From Lepidodermella squamata (Eukaryota > Animalia > Gastrotricha): 64,000 nucleotides of DNA. This document shows positions 11,331-25,369 of this stretch, one piece after another. Numbering within the stretch: the stretch's first letter is position 1; each line of letters opens with the position of its first letter. The notes under the pieces are model-generated. The model did no database searches. It was given only the letters and a program-made list of their open reading frames with translations, and was not told where the DNA came from. The stretch spans positions 1,116,001-1,180,000 of the forward strand of contig JBLDXI010000025.1 in NCBI GenBank assembly GCA_047495785.1, in the 5' to 3' direction. The translations under genes and the position numbers were made by a program.

Positions 11331-12730
11331 TTAGGAGCAATTCACAAACCTCTTCTTTATGCATTTAGGGAACGGAGACAAATCAGTATCGTGTCTGTAG
11401 GGCCTGTCCGAAGGACAATCGTCGCAATTTTCCTCGTCATAGCATCCTCGCAGTCCTAATTCAAAATGTGTGTAAATAAGCGAAAACAGACTAAAAGTCG
11501 AGAAATACCACAGAGGCATCGCACAGCCGTCTTTAAAAGAGAATACGAAAATTAGAAACTTAAAAGCCAGTTTTAGTGGAATTACTCTTTAGCTATGCAT
11601 TTTGTGCTATTGCCGCGTTTACAAGGCCATGACCGACCGGGTAAAGAACAAGGCCTGCATTTAGCTTCATCTATTCCATTCGCGCAATCCTGTATAATCA
11701 AAAAGATCCATGACGTTCATTACAACGTTCATCTCACCCACCTTAACATTATCACAGACTTTCCTGTTAAAGAAACGATGGTTTGTGATTGGATAGGCAA
11801 TGAGATAAGTGACTCACAGATTTGAGATGCACATTGTGGAACCAGGGCACAGGTATTTTCTATTTTTCAACGGGCAAGTCGAGCAATTCTTCTCGTCGAA
11901 TCCATTGACACAATCGACCTTGCCGTCACAAATGCGATCCGGTTTGATGCATTGCGTCGAATCGCCACATCGCTCTGACCTACGTCCAGTGCACTGGATT
12001 GCACTTAATGCTTATTATTGCCCAAGCGTAAATAGCTAAGAAAAGTTACCTCCTTTTCACAATAGGTTTCATCTTTTCCATCGGCGCATTCTTTGACGCC
12101 GCTGCACAAGATTTTCTCGCCGATCCAAACGAGACTTTCCGTTACATTGTCAATTTCCGCCAAAGATACGCATTTATTGTTTCCGCATTGGAATTGCCCA
12201 AGCTCGCACAAACAAGACGACTCGTCGGTTGAATCATTCGGGCAATTGATCACTCCGTCGCAAATTTCGCGTTTCCTAATGCATGTACCGTCGTTGCAAG
12301 ACGCTTGGCCACGCTTGATGCATTCCAACTCTACAAAAAATTGATTATTCGACTATGAATCGACCGAACTGAAGCGAAAGATATTACTTTTTATCGCGAT
12401 TCGAGCCTGGTCTGTCAGCGAGGTGATCGGTCGTACTGTAATTAGATGACCCAGTTTTAACTAGAATGCTGCTCTGTACCGATAAGACCTACCGTTGGTG
12501 GAGGCGTTACCACTTACTAAAAGATTAAGGGTAAAAGATGCAACTAGAACTGCTGGTAATCTTACCGTTACTCGAATTTGTTTGATTGGTTTCGTTAAAG
12601 CCACCCTGATTTTTTTATTAGAACATACTTGCACCAGATGCTGAAGGCTTACCTGGCTTAATGAGCTAGTGATAAAAATCGACCATGTTATCACTAAAAA
12701 CAGCAGTGTTCTGAGATAATCGAAGCTCAT
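11331..12730 (-). CDS. Secreted Cys-rich protein with several LDL-receptor class A repeats, multi-exon
   Basis: Signal-peptide exon MSFDYLRTLLFLVITWSIFITSSLSQ. LDLa repeats CNDGTCI....ICDGVINCPNDSTDESSC, CGNNKCV...CADGKDETYC and CIKPDRICDGKVDCVNGFDEKNC. No transmembrane helix seen. Internal exon boundaries are approximate. Confidence 0.8.
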
Positions 12731-13461
12731 TCTCCTGCGGTATAATTTTCTAAAATAACCAAGATTTTATTAATATAAAGTAGTTCTTGATATATATAAT
12801 GTCAAGGTAGCAAATTCTTCACTTTTATCGTTTTTTGCTTATGGGAGCACGTAGTATGTGGCTGCTAGTTAACATTTGTTGTAGTATGCTGGCTGACACA
12901 CGAATAATAGTGGAAAATGCGCGTAAAAAGTAAGAATGCACTGGCATGAGGGCATTTGAGTGAAGAATTGTTTACGCATCAGTCATGCGACCAGTGATAT
13001 GAAAGTGTTAATTCAAGCTCGGAATTCGCATCTTACAATTTTTTTGAATTCCACATAGCTCGAAAAACTACTGTTCTTTTTGAAATCTAGCTCAGCAATA
13101 TAAAATATAACGGAGTAAAAGTGTGTATCTGTTTCAAAGAGCTGGATCTATTTCCGCGTATTTTTATTTTCATCGCATTCAAAACAACACCATGGCTAAA
13201 ATCAAAGTTCCAATTGTTCCAGTTTTATTCTCTGAAAATGAGCTTGTCCGAAGACCAGGGGACCAGATATCGTCTTTGCTGGGGCATAGTCTACCAGTTC
13301 ATATCTAAGGTCATGTGACTCATGGCAAGTGTTATTTTAAAAGCCTGGCACCTAGGTGAATTGCAGCAATAAAATCACGACACACTAAAGATTATACTCC
13401 TGCCTGAAGCAAGGAAGTATCTTGTTCAATACTTTATTTTACTCAATTTTCGGTCTCCCAA

Positions 13462-16400
13462 ATGAATGAAAACGAAGTCGAGGCCGAATCACATGGCCGG
13501 GCTGTAAAAGCAAAGAAATCATCGATAAATCTCCGAGATTTTGGTCACCTCATATTATTTAGATTCGCAGATCGGAAGGATGTTTTGTTGATGATTTTTG
13601 GCTCTTTTCTTGCCCTTGCTCAAGGCGCAGGCGGCCCAGCGTCGACAAACATCTATAGATCAATCATCGATGGATTGATAACATTTAATCCATGTTGGGA
13701 CGAAGTGAGGCAGCAGCTTCAAAACTCATCCCTTGATAACACATCCTCCATCGATTTGGAGAAGGTTTCGAAGTATAGAAAGGAATTTCTTTACGCGAAG
13801 TCAGCCCTGGAGATGGTTGGGCCTTACTGTGGATATTGTGCGCTGACTGGAATTCTTTTGATGGTTACCGGGGTTTTAGGAGGACATCTTTGGAACCTAA
13901 CCACTCAGCGGCAGATTCTTGAATTAAGGACCAATTTATTCAAAGCTATCCTAAATAAGGACATATCGTGGTTCGACAGGCGACAAACTGGTAGTCTGAA
14001 TCACACTCTTTTCGAGTAAGTCTTATCCTATTCGCAGACTGAACTAATTTAAATTCACTTAAGGCAAGTTCGGAAGATCGAGCAAAGTTTGGGTATGAAC
14101 ATGCATCTAGCTCTTTTCTACATTGGAGGGGTATTCACCGGTTACATCAACGCTTTCATTGCGGACTGGAAAGTTGCTCTGGTCATGTTTGCTTTCAGTC
14201 CACCTCAACTCCTCGCATTCGCAGCTATGGTGAAATACACTAGGAAGTTCGCGACCAACCAGTCTAATTCTTACAAGGAAGCTGGAGCTATCTCGTACGA
14301 AGTCTTGGCTGGGTCTAGAACAGTTGCTGCATTCAACAGACAGGAATATGAAGTTGATAGGTACCGAAAAAGCCTGGCTGATACAGTTCACTGGGGTGTA
14401 AGAAAATGCATGGCTACTGGTATTGGTCAAGGGACTGTTCAAATGCTAACAGCTGCTTCAGTCGTTATCACATGGTGGTGGGGTAACAGGTACAGTTATA
14501 CATCTCAGTTATTCAAACGGTAATTGATCGATTTTCAGCATTTCTCAATCTGGAGGAACGGTTATTCAAATCATTATGTGTGTCAACATGGCGGCGATCT
14601 ACTTGACTAATCTCTCCCGGGTTTATGAACTGACAGCTGTGGGTCTCGTGGCTATGAAGGACGTGTTGTCTGTTATAGACGAACCCTCGAAAATCAACAA
14701 TTTTGATGATAGAGGTTTAAAGCCTACTAGCTTGAAAGGAAACATCGAATTCAAAAGCGTTGCATTCTCCTACCCATCTCGTCCTGGCAGTGCTATACTA
14801 AAGGATTTAAGCTTCAAGCTTGAAAGGGGTCAAACGATTGCCTTGGTCGGGCCGTCTGGAAGTGGAAAGTCGACGATACTGAACCTGCTTCTTCGGCTAT
14901 ACGAAGCTACGGGAGGCCAAATAATATTGGATGGTGTTGACATCAAAGATCTGAACATTCGTTGGCTCAGGCAGCAAATCGGAGTTGTTGGTCAGGAACC
15001 AGTACTTTTCGACCTCACCATATTGGAAAACATCAAATTGGGTGCGTTGGAACCGGAAAAAGTAACTGATCAGCAGGTCATTGAAGCCGCTAAACTCTCT
15101 CATGCTCATGACTTCATTTCGAAACTCCCAATGGGATATCAGACAAAGATCGGCGAGAGAGGTGCACAGTTATCTGGCGGTCAAAGGCAAAGAATCGCTA
15201 TAGCAAGGGCGTTGGTCTCAAATCCTAAAATCCTTATTCTCGACGAAGCAACGAGTGCGTTAGACTCGACAAGTGAAAAATTGGTTCAGGATGCGTTGGA
15301 TCAAGCTAGCGTTGGAAGGACTACTCTGATCATTGCCCATCGTTTATCAACCATCAGGAATGCCGATATTATTGCTGTGATAAACGAAGGTCGAGTCGAG
15401 GAGTTAGGAACTCACAATGGGTTACTGGGGAGAGATGGATTATACGCTAGACTGGTGAAGAATCAGCGGGAAGAACCATCTTCAATACTTGATGACACGC
15501 TTCACTATGTACCGAAAAGTGATATTTCAATTCACTTTGGCGATGATTCCAACCATGAGTCGTCTGATAAGTGGTCAAATAAGGATGAGGAATCGCAACA
15601 AGGCCCTGATGGCGCTGGCTTCTTAGGAATTATACCTTCAATAAAAAAAGTAGTCTTAGATTGGGGCAGACCGGAGATTGTTCATAGCGCTACCTGCATC
15701 GGTATCGCCGTGTTAGTCAGCATTCACCAACCTATCACCGCTTACATAGGAAGTGAATTCATCGGAACTTTTTGCCCTGGGGAGTCGGACAAACAGCGTT
15801 TATACACCCTGATGGCTATTCAGATTTCAACCGGAATATTCACAGCTTGCGTCATGACTATCGAATCGTGGCTCTACGGAGTTATCGCAGAGCGGCTAAC
15901 TGAAAGAGTAAGAGGTCGACTATTAGGAAAATTCCTTAGAATGGACGCAGCATGGCTGGATCAAACGAAAAATCAGCCTTCAGCTCTGAATTCTTCCTTG
16001 GACAGAGACACAGTTGATATCAGAGGGGTAACATTCATTATTACATTCGAGCCAATGTTCAAGTTTAATTCGATTTAGGCTAGTGGAATCTTTCTGAACA
16101 ATATCCTCGGATCCTTTTCATCACTTATGATAGCTGTCGTTTTCTCCGCTGTATTACAATGGGAAGTACTGCTAGCTGTTGTGATTATAGTACCACTCAT
16201 ATTCCTATCTACGGCTATCTCAAGTAGGAAGACTCTAATCGCTGGATCTGATCGTGAATTTAGAACCCTTGTCTCAAATGCTACCCAAGCTATGGCTAAC
16301 ATGAGGACAGTCATGTTTCTCAGGCTTGAGCCTTACTTCCTCAACCAATTTACACAACATTATTCATCTTTGGTTGGGGAGGCCGTCATGCAGGAACTGA

Positions 16401-17473
16401 AGATATCGCCGTTCCTTCAATTCAACCGTTGTGGCGCCATGCTAGCGGCCTCGATAATTTTCAGCCTCGGTGCGTACTTGATCGACCGTAAAGAGACTAA
16501 TATCGTCGATTTGGTCCGCATTTACACCCTCGTTGTCTTCTGCGCGACAGCTGCTGGTCGCAAAAATGATTCTATAGCAGATGCTGAAACAGCCAAAAAT
16601 GCTGTCAGAAAAATTTCTGAAACTCTCGCGTACGAAAACCAAATCGATAAGGAAGATCCGAAAACTGGCGAATCTATCGCATTCCAGAATTTCACCTGTT
16701 CAATTGCGAAAACTTCGAGTGAGATTGAGTTTAGAGAAGTTACTTTTGCCTACCCTAGTCGGCCTAAATCAAGAATTCTCAATGGACTCTCGTTCAAGAT
16801 AATAGCCGGGGAGAATGTGGCATTCTGCGGAACAAGTGGCTGCGGAAAATCCACAATATTGAACCTTCTTCAACGGAATTACGATCCAGATTCTGGAGCA
16901 ATATTCGTTGATGGGGGTGATATCAGGCTGGCAAATGTCAGAGACCTTCGTTCTAACATTAGTGTTGTATCTCAAGAGCCTACCCTTTTCGCAATAAGCG
17001 TTAGGGATAACATCGCCTATGGAACAAAGGATCACAGAATCAAGCCATCTGATGAAGTGATTGAAGATGCCTGTGAACGAGCAAATGTTACCAGTTTCGT
17101 CTCTAAGCTACAAAACGGCTTGGAAACTACTGTTGGAGAAAGAGGAGCTCAACTATCTGGCGGGCAAAAGCAGCGAGTTGCAATAGCTAGAGCCCTAGTG
17201 AGAAATCCTTCAATCATGCTACTCGATGAAGCAACGTCGGCTTTGGATACTGAAAGTGAACGGATTGTCCAAGATGCTCTGGACCAGGCATCAAGAGGAC
17301 GGACTAGTTTGACCATCGCTCATCGACTGTCGACCATTCAGCAGTGTGATAGGATCTTCGTCATGGATCAAGGAAAAATAGTGGAGCAAGGTAGTCATAA
17401 TGAATTGATGGCTGCAAGAGGAATCTATTATTCACTTCATCTGATCCAATTATCGAAAAACATAACAAACTGA
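13462..17473 (+). CDS. ABCB1: Full-length ABCB/P-glycoprotein-type transporter (TMD-NBD-TMD-NBD); exons 13462-14015, 14064-14489, 14539-16027, 16079-17473
   Basis: Two NBDs with Walker A (GPSGSGKST, GTSGCGKST), signature LSGGQ and Walker B ILDEATSALD/LLDEATSALD. FSYPSRP/FAYPSRP motifs and FRFADRKD at the N-terminus. Three ~50-nt introns keep the frame. The symbol indicates the family, not proven orthology. Confidence 0.93.
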
Positions 17474-17556
17474 ACAAAAAATTACTCCATTTACTCAAAT
17501 ATATCATTTCAATGAATTGTCAGTATTCAGGTCCATTATTGGGAAACTTCGGTTGT

Positions 17557-17814
17557 TCAAGGAATCTGGTTCTTGCTCAGACGGTTCAGCTTGTGATCGA
17601 CGGGGCGGTACTCGGGTCGCTCATACAATATTTTGCCGTCATTACTGCCTGAAGGGACGAAAACTTCAAGGCTTTTAGCATTGGCTTTCGGGTTGATTTT
17701 CGCAGCTGGACCCATTGGCATGGCAGCTTTCCCAACAAACAGCCGGTTTTTGCTGGCTAGGGTGAAAGTGAATAAGGCGAGAGCAAGGATTAGTCCAAAA
17801 GCGAAACGAGCCAT
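17557..17814 (-). CDS. Small basic secreted protein of unknown function (about 85 aa)
   Basis: Clear signal peptide MARFAFGLILALALFTFTLA followed by a K/P/A-rich Cys-free region; convergent with the ABCB 3' end. Confidence 0.6.
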   Translation of the reverse strand: MARFAFGLILALALFTFTLASKNRLFVGKAAMPMGPAAKINPKANAKSLEVFVPSGSNDGKILYERPEYRPVDHKLNRLSKNQIP

Positions 17815-19010
17815 TCTCTGTGAAATCACCGGTTTTAAAAATAATCTCACTATAGAATAAAAACGACTAGAATGAACTGAAAATGTTGCGACCCACAGTG
17901 TTTACATCGGAAACACTTGACGGAAATTTGGGACAAATAAAGCGTGAAATTTGGCGCCTTTTCAAATTCATTAATCGAATGTTAAATCATGCGAGCTTGA
18001 TCGTATGGAATCTTCTTTTGCTTATAGGGCAGAAAATGTAACATTTTTGCGAGTGACGATTAGTCCCACTTGAGCAATGAATTGAGTCGGAAGGCGCGTA
18101 GGGATTTCCTGACCAGGGATCAATCGGAAATCTGTATTGTGATTGAAGACTTGATATGCCATTCAAACAAAGCTTTCATGGCGACTTCAGGTTGATGAGC
18201 TTCCTGCCCCAGAAAAGAACTAAATTCCCTCGACACTTTGAAATATGAAAACCGGAATCATGAGTCAAATTTATCCGAATCATCGATTTTTTTTTATTTC
18301 ATCGTTATATTAAAGAATGGCACCAAATAAATCAGTGAATTACGTAACCCGTGCTGCAATTCATCCTCATTCTCCAAATTCAAATGATAAAGTAATAACA
18401 GCTTGTAAAGAAATAGAAAAACTCAGTTATTTTTGCCATATATTTTTCGCATATTTTAGCGGCGCTTCTAGTTGAAGCCACAATTTAGAGAGTGGCAAAA
18501 GCGTCTCGGGATGATGACAGCAATCAGACATATATAAGTAGACCCGCATTATGTATGATTTCCTCATAAAATTATACGAGCTGCTGTTTCAAGCACGGAA
18601 AATAGACGTGTAAAAATATGCTGATATCTTTGCCAGCTTTGACGTAAATCAGTAAATAAAAAAACACGAATGGTGTTTCTTTTTCTTCATAATAAGAAAA
18701 CATATTGTTGCGGTAGTTGCGCGATGTAAAAGGTGTAGCTTTGATTTTATACAAAATTTCATATGTAGTTGCAATAACATTCAGTAATTTATAGTATGAA
18801 AAGTAATGTGAGCTGCAGAGGGTCAGAAATCCGAAAAATCAGCCCGAATTCATAAAGAGAGCGATAAGCATTTTTAGGTAAGAATTTGAATAGTAGTTTT
18901 AGAGGATTTCTGACCACCCTGAAGTGACATTTTGAGGATTATGATACAAGAGGTTGAAGTAACGTAACAGGAAAGAAAGAAAGAAGGTTTGCTGCGATGA
19001 GAAGCGCGCA

Positions 19011-19497
19011 TTAAGCGCCTGTGTAATAGGAGCCTTGATCAGGCTTGGGCGGTGTGAAGATGATGAGGGAGACGTGCACCATGACGGCGACGAAAGTCAC
19101 GCAGATGACAACGATGATGGACCAGCAGATGATGCGGCTTATCGTCAAATTCGAGCAGTTGCAGCCGTAACACCGCATGCCGCAGCATTGAGTCACTGCG
19201 ACGGTGGTCGACGAGTGCGATGAACGCAAAAGTTCGAGGTCGGCGGCGTTTGCGTTCGCGATTGAGCCGGGCGGGCCGCGTTTGATCGCGGCGCCGGGGT
19301 ACAGCTCCTCGCCGCATACCGCCAGCAGGCTGGTGTTGCCCGACGATAGGAACGGCGTGCTCGGGTTGTTGGGGTTCAGCAAGTTCAACCCGGACTGCTG
19401 GTGCTGGACGGGGGCCTGCAGCGGCGCCGCAGACACCTGTTGCTGGTTCTGCTGCTGCGTCTGTTGGGGCTGGTTCGGAGCAAAGTTTGTCACTGGA
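19011..19497 (-). CDS. Terminal exon encoding a Q-rich linker, a Cys cluster and a C-terminal transmembrane helix (probably the 3' end of the ParB-like locus)
   Basis: Acceptor TTTTGCAG; GC-rich coding bias; QCCGMRCYGCNC followed by IICWSIIVVICVTFVAVMVHVSLIIF and a stop 13 aa later. Confidence 0.65.
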
Positions 19498-20759
19498 GCT
19501 GCAAAAACAAAAACAGCGTTATAAAAACTGGGACTAAGGACAAATCGCCACTATAGGCCTGGGGGAGATCGATAAAACGCGAGAAAAATAAATCACTTTC
19601 CCTCGCTCTAGTGCCACTAAAGACACATTTGGAGGATTTCAGAAATGTCAAAACAATAATGCTAAACTGAAAGGAAATCGATAAAATTCTGAGTCCAGTA
19701 GCAGGACATTTGTCGAGTGACAAATCTCAGAAAATGACCCCCACAAGAGACCGATCTGGGTATTCTCAGAACCAGCAAGTTTCCAGGAGAAATAAAATTC
19801 AACATATTATCAAGAATTCGATATAGAATTCGCGATATAAAATTTGTAGAGCAGACTGCCATTTCTTCATATTCTGAGATAAGGCAATTTCCTGCGCTTT
19901 AAAATAGTTCTGGTCGCAGTCGATTAATTGTAAAATTAAAGGAAAAATCTTTTCTTGGTTTCTCACGTATAGGAAAACTCCGTTTGCTCATTGTGGACCG
20001 AAAATTGAATGTTTATTCAGGTGATCAACCATAAAATGAAATTCGAAGAAATCTCTCTTTATTTCCTTTAAAAGGCTACACCTTCACCGGGAAACCTTTC
20101 TCAATCCTAATTAAGCAAAAATCCTGAAGAATTGCTGCTTTGCATGTTATGACTTCCTATATTGCAATGGCCTTCCGATTCAATGATTATAAGTTATGCA
20201 GAAAATCTTTCTGCGGTGATTATCTTGTGCTGAATAAATTATTCGTAAAATGTGAACGCAGACTGCACTGTTACTAATATGCATGTCTTACTAATGTCAA
20301 TTTTCTAGATATGCAGATAGCTTCAAGGCGGACTTAGCCAACATCCAGTGAATAGAAGACCTGAATAGGATCTTATGGTGTCTATTACGTTATAAAACAG
20401 GACTTTTTTAAACTAGAGCGTTCCGAAATTTAAAAAAAACGTCTAACCCCGTAAAAAACCCTAGTGTCGGATAAATCGGTACTTTTTACACTTATCAAAT
20501 AAATACTTACATAAAAAAATATTCAAGCTGGAAAAGTTAACAGTCAAACTTTTTTTCGGATCAGAATAATGAGTAACCAACTTAAATTTCCTATCTCCGC
20601 TTAAATTATCGTACGAAAACAAAACACAGGAAGCCTAGTAGGCTTCACGCAACTAAGCTATGAAATTTGAGGTGCGAATGATGAAGGAAGATGAGGAATG
20701 AGTAATGAAGACAGACTTACTGCATTCACATGCTACGCCTAGATAACTAGGCCGTAGCA

Positions 20760-21208
20760 CAACCGAGTTATTTTTGATAAACTGCTCGAATTTCATAATT
20801 CGAGGCCGGGGTATGTTCGAGTAAGGCCCTAACGAGCCGTTCAGCGATCCAGCCATATTCATGGGCGGCGTCGACGGCACCATGGAGTAATTCGCCGAAT
20901 ACATCGCAGCCTCGAATTGCTGCTGCTGTTGCGTTCCAGAAATTACCGAATTGTCAATGGCAGTGTTGTTGAGAAAATTCGCTAGATGAGCGGCTGTGAC
21001 TTGCTGCTGCGCGTGGCTAGGACCCGGGGACATGAGCAATCCAGGCCCGATGCCGCCCATCGAAACCCCGCCGTGCATTTGCTGCGGAGGCACGGGGCTG
21101 GAACTGTTCTGCGGCGATTGCATCATATTTTGATGGTAATGGTGGTGCTGGTGTTGCTGGTGCTGTTGAGCCGGCGAAGAGCCGGCTGTGCCGTCGAACA
21201 TGTCACGG
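20760..21208 (-). CDS. Q/H/P/S-rich low-complexity coding exon
   Basis: Long GC-rich open frame (SSPAQQHQQHQHHHYHQ...) with a CAG acceptor at about 21209; 3' boundary uncertain. Confidence 0.55.
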
Positions 21209-22631
21209 CTGAGTATTTACCACCCGCGACATATCAAGTAAAGGACGCGGCTAACTAAACATGGACGCATAAAAGATATCATAGGCAAAAAATTAACGAG
21301 TGCGATTCCGTCGAGTATCGAGCCATGGGGCAATAAAAAAGTATGCGTGCGCGCTAATGGCTGGCTATAATGATCGCGAGCTCGTTCTATACGTTCCACT
21401 TGGCCGCGAAAATCAAAACCAGACGCCGCCGCGGTGAGCGCATAAAATTATCATAATCGCCGCGGGAGGTGAGCTTGTTTCGGTTTTTATCTGCTCAATC
21501 GAACTCGAAAAAAGTGCGGCCGATATACCAGAAAGAGGACATTTAATACTTGAGGTCCTACTGTGTGCACTAATAAGTGGGCGTCGGAGATCGGCGACAA
21601 GAAAAAAGAGCGAGCTTCTAGGCATCGTCAATTGAATCTCGTCGATTGGTTGTTATCTGCGGCGCGCGAAGAAAAAAGAGCCGCCGCAACATGATAATCA
21701 CTTCGTTACGCTGTGAAAATTGGCGGCTGGCTATACATGATAATAACAATTTGTTGCGCGGTCGAATTCTCAGATGGCGCCCGCTGTGGACAGCTGAAGC
21801 AGCAGAAGCATCATGAGCTTACAGCATCGATCGCGGTCGTAAAACGGCACGCATTTCCGGAGCGCGCGCAGGAAAAAACGCAAACTTTTTCTCCGCGACG
21901 TATTGAATTATTCTTCGCTCGCTCTGTCTCAACACTCAATCAGTCACGGGCCGCGAAAAATTTTTCGCAATATTTTTATGACTTGATAATAATATCATAA
22001 ACTATTGATATCTAATATATAGAGCGAGAGAGAGAAAGGGACTCGAGCTCTACTCGAAAATACGGAAATTGCTGCTATGGTAAGCTTTATTAGCTGAAAA
22101 GTAGCAACGACTGTTTGCTGGCTCTGTGATATTGATCACACGGCAAACAGACGTAGATGCGGAGTCGAGGCACATGTAGAAATGTACACGGAGCGCATCA
22201 ATCGATATCTATTTGCTCAGATGTCGTCTCGTAAGACGCGTGTAAATCAATTCAAACAGGTGTTTTTGCTACACTCAGCACACACGCTCAATTGCGCCCT
22301 TAGACGCCAGATGAGATTAAAATAAATTTTACAAGTTATGAAATCAGCACTCATCCAAAATATATACATATATATTACTCGTCACTGCGGCGTAATTTTA
22401 GCAGTAGCTATTTATTGCTACCAAAATGTAAAAATTAGTTAGAACGTCCAGAATTGGACATTTTTTAAGTTTCAGAAAATTAGTATACATTTAAAAAATT
22501 CGGAAATTTGAAATAAATGGCTGAAACTAGAAAAACGAGTTTTATAGAATTAATTAAACCTAATACCAACTTTAGGAACTGAATGCTTCTCTTACAGGCA
22601 ACAATTTAATTTTGCAACCCTATAAAACCTA

Positions 22632-23722
22632 CGTTGGACGAATTGATGATGGTGGTAGAAAGTATTGGGCAGTTGATTGGCGACATGAGCTGCTACTGCC
22701 ACCTGCTGAACAGGAACCTGCTGTGACGGTATGATCGGTGAATTAGGCCTAGGACTGCCATGGCCACGCATGGTCGAAGCAGGCGAGACTGAGCCAGCAT
22801 GTCTCGCCGGGTTGAAATCGAATGAAACAACCGTAGTGGTAGTTGTAAGAACAGGCTGTTTGCCAGGGTTCAAAGCGTGTTGCTGTGAGGTCGACGTAGT
22901 TAACACGGCCTGATTTGGGACTTTAGCTTTGCCGTGCTGATTCATCCCAGTCTCAGGCAAGGGCGGTAAGGCTGATGGCAGGTAGGTTATCGTAGAAGAC
23001 TTGCTAGGCGATGTTGACAGGATCGGATGGTTGTTACGCTTTAGTGAATTCGACTCGTGGTGATGCTCTCGATAGTGACCATGAGCTTTTACAGACGTAT
23101 TGCCAGAACTTGCTGAGTTAACAACCTTATTCTGTCGATAAGGGGAGGAAGATCCCAAGGGCATAGCTTGAAATTCTTCTAATTCCGGAATCGACGCCTT
23201 GGTAGGCTGGGCAGGTAGGAAGCGTAATAACTTTCGTTTTCGGTAAATATTCACCTGATGGTGAGGTAGCGGTAATGTCGATGAGCTGCCGTAGTCTTTA
23301 TAGCTATGAATGGGTTGTTTTTTCACGACACTAGGGTCGAATTCTTCATCGAGGGAAGAAACCGATGATGACGAGGAACATTGCGAGGAAGACGTAGATG
23401 CCGCGTAGTTATCAGCCGCGCCGCTTGAGTGAACCGCCGCTACACTAGGTGCTTCTAAACTCGCTTGGCGGGGCCGTTCTAAGGCATGAATCAAAACGGA
23501 CGGGCAGAATCGCTCAGGGTCTTCGCCTGATTTCGACGATGATTTGTCGTCGTGTTGCACTGGGATTTCGATGATTTTCCCAGGTACTTTAACGGCAGTT
23601 AACGGCAACAAAGTCGTGTGTTGGTAGGTAGTTAATTTGACTGAACTTGGATTAGCCTGGCTCCGGCGAGGTAAACCAGATGGCTGCTGTTGCTGCGATG
23701 TTGAGGAGGAGGACGAAGCCAT
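22632..23722 (-). CDS. Large S/P/Q-rich disordered coding exon (alternative exon or separate gene)
   Basis: 376-codon ORF ending near a GTAGGT donor at about 22631. No recognisable domain. Phase linkage to the neighbouring exons is not resolved. Confidence 0.55.
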
Positions 23723-25369
23723 TACTTGAATTACATGGTTCCTCTATTATACGAGAAAAATTGCGGGATTAATAGGCGAAGGGGCGCGCAGCTCTTTATT
23801 AAAAGCAAGGGCCGCCCGCAAAAACAAAGCGCAGCTATAATTTTTATTGTTTTCTATTGCTAGTGCGCTCGCCAGTTCCGCAGCCGATTATTGCTAGGTG
23901 TTGCGCGCTGCATTTCGCGGTCTAGTACCTGCTGCGGAAGCGACTTATAATGATTTAACAAATACCATGCGCAAAACAATAAGAAAGAACCGATAAAAAT
24001 CGCGGGGAGGCGAAGAGACCTTTCTGCTGCGGGACAAGAGCCGCAGTGAATTATCTGTTTGTTGGAGCATGAGAGGGGTAAAGGAATTTCTAGCAGTATC
24101 GCGCCTATATCACATCAATAACTAACAAGTAAATTGAAAGGCGCCGATCAGCAATCATCCTATGCTGCCGGCCTTGCTAATTCAATTCAACAATGGTGTC
24201 ATCTAATTTCGAGCAGGCAGGCGCTTGCGCCATTATTCGCGAGTGGTATCTGTTTTCGCCTTATATACGTTGAGTTGCAGTATTAATTTCTCGCCGAAGC
24301 TGTGCCTAGGGACTAAGCGCAGAAAAACAGAAATACATGCGATATATACATTAATTAAAATTCTTGCGTTAAGTGGAACGATGCGCGTAAAAATTTGTCG
24401 TTCGTAATTCGATTGGAAGAATGAAAAACAAATTATTTCAACATATGCAGAGCGGCGCAGGTTGGTCGGTTTTTCCTGTACGCACGCGTGAAATTATTAG
24501 TTTTTCCCCGCATTATATAAAATACTATGTAAGTATCGGCCTTGACAAGATAGCATTCAGTTCCCGGTTTTTTATGAGGCAGAAAGTATGGATCGGCAAT
24601 GGTAAGGAATGGACGAGTGCAAAACAGAGCTTCGTTTTGATTATTCCTGAGTCAACCAATTTTCGAGGGATTAGGCATAACATGTGAGATATAGTGAAAA
24701 CCGAGTGAAAGTCCGGCTAGTGAGAACACTCGGTAATACAGTGGTGGAAGTAACAGAATTAATATTATAGAGATATGGTCAAAAACCATATGTGATTCGG
24801 GCGCCATCATTTTTTACATAAAAAATGAGAGACCAACATAAAGAAATGACAGAACATTCAATACTTTCCGTTTTCATTCCGAATATATGCCGAAGATAAT
24901 TTCCCTTAGGATGTGGGTATGACATGTTTTCAAGGATACATATTTCTTTAGTAAAAAATAGAACTGACTCACCGTGAAACATTAGTTTTGATCGGCAGTA
25001 ATAGGTGAAACCAGCAAAAATCTCAAAACAACTTTCACTTTTGCAAATCGATGGCTCTTCCACGCATTTTTTCGACGAAAACACGCTATTGCACTAGTCC
25101 AGAAATTCACACACTGAAGTCTTGATTAAAAATTTACAGGGAATCATTGGGAATCGGAAGTTCAATTCCCAGTCCGGCAAACCAAGCCTTCGATTTTTGG
25201 TAGGGAAATTGGACTATTTGGGTGCATTTAACACGTCGTAGCAATCATGTGGCGTCACTTTTTACTCGGGTTAAAAGAATTGTTTTTTTTGTTTCAATTA
25301 ACGGATCCAAATAAAATTTACATGAATTTGCGAAAAATGTTGAAAACAGATTAAGTGTTAAGAACTCAC

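Noticed and set aside
18815-18921. Short inverted repeat GGTCAGAAATCC / GGATTTCTGACC
   Set aside because: Only about 12 bp with no TSD; insufficient for a MITE call.
19035-19524. Plus-strand ORFs overlapping GC-rich exons (also 20986-21258, 25435-25704, 62492-63300)
   Set aside because: Antisense shadows of GC-rich minus-strand coding exons, with no independent domains or signals.
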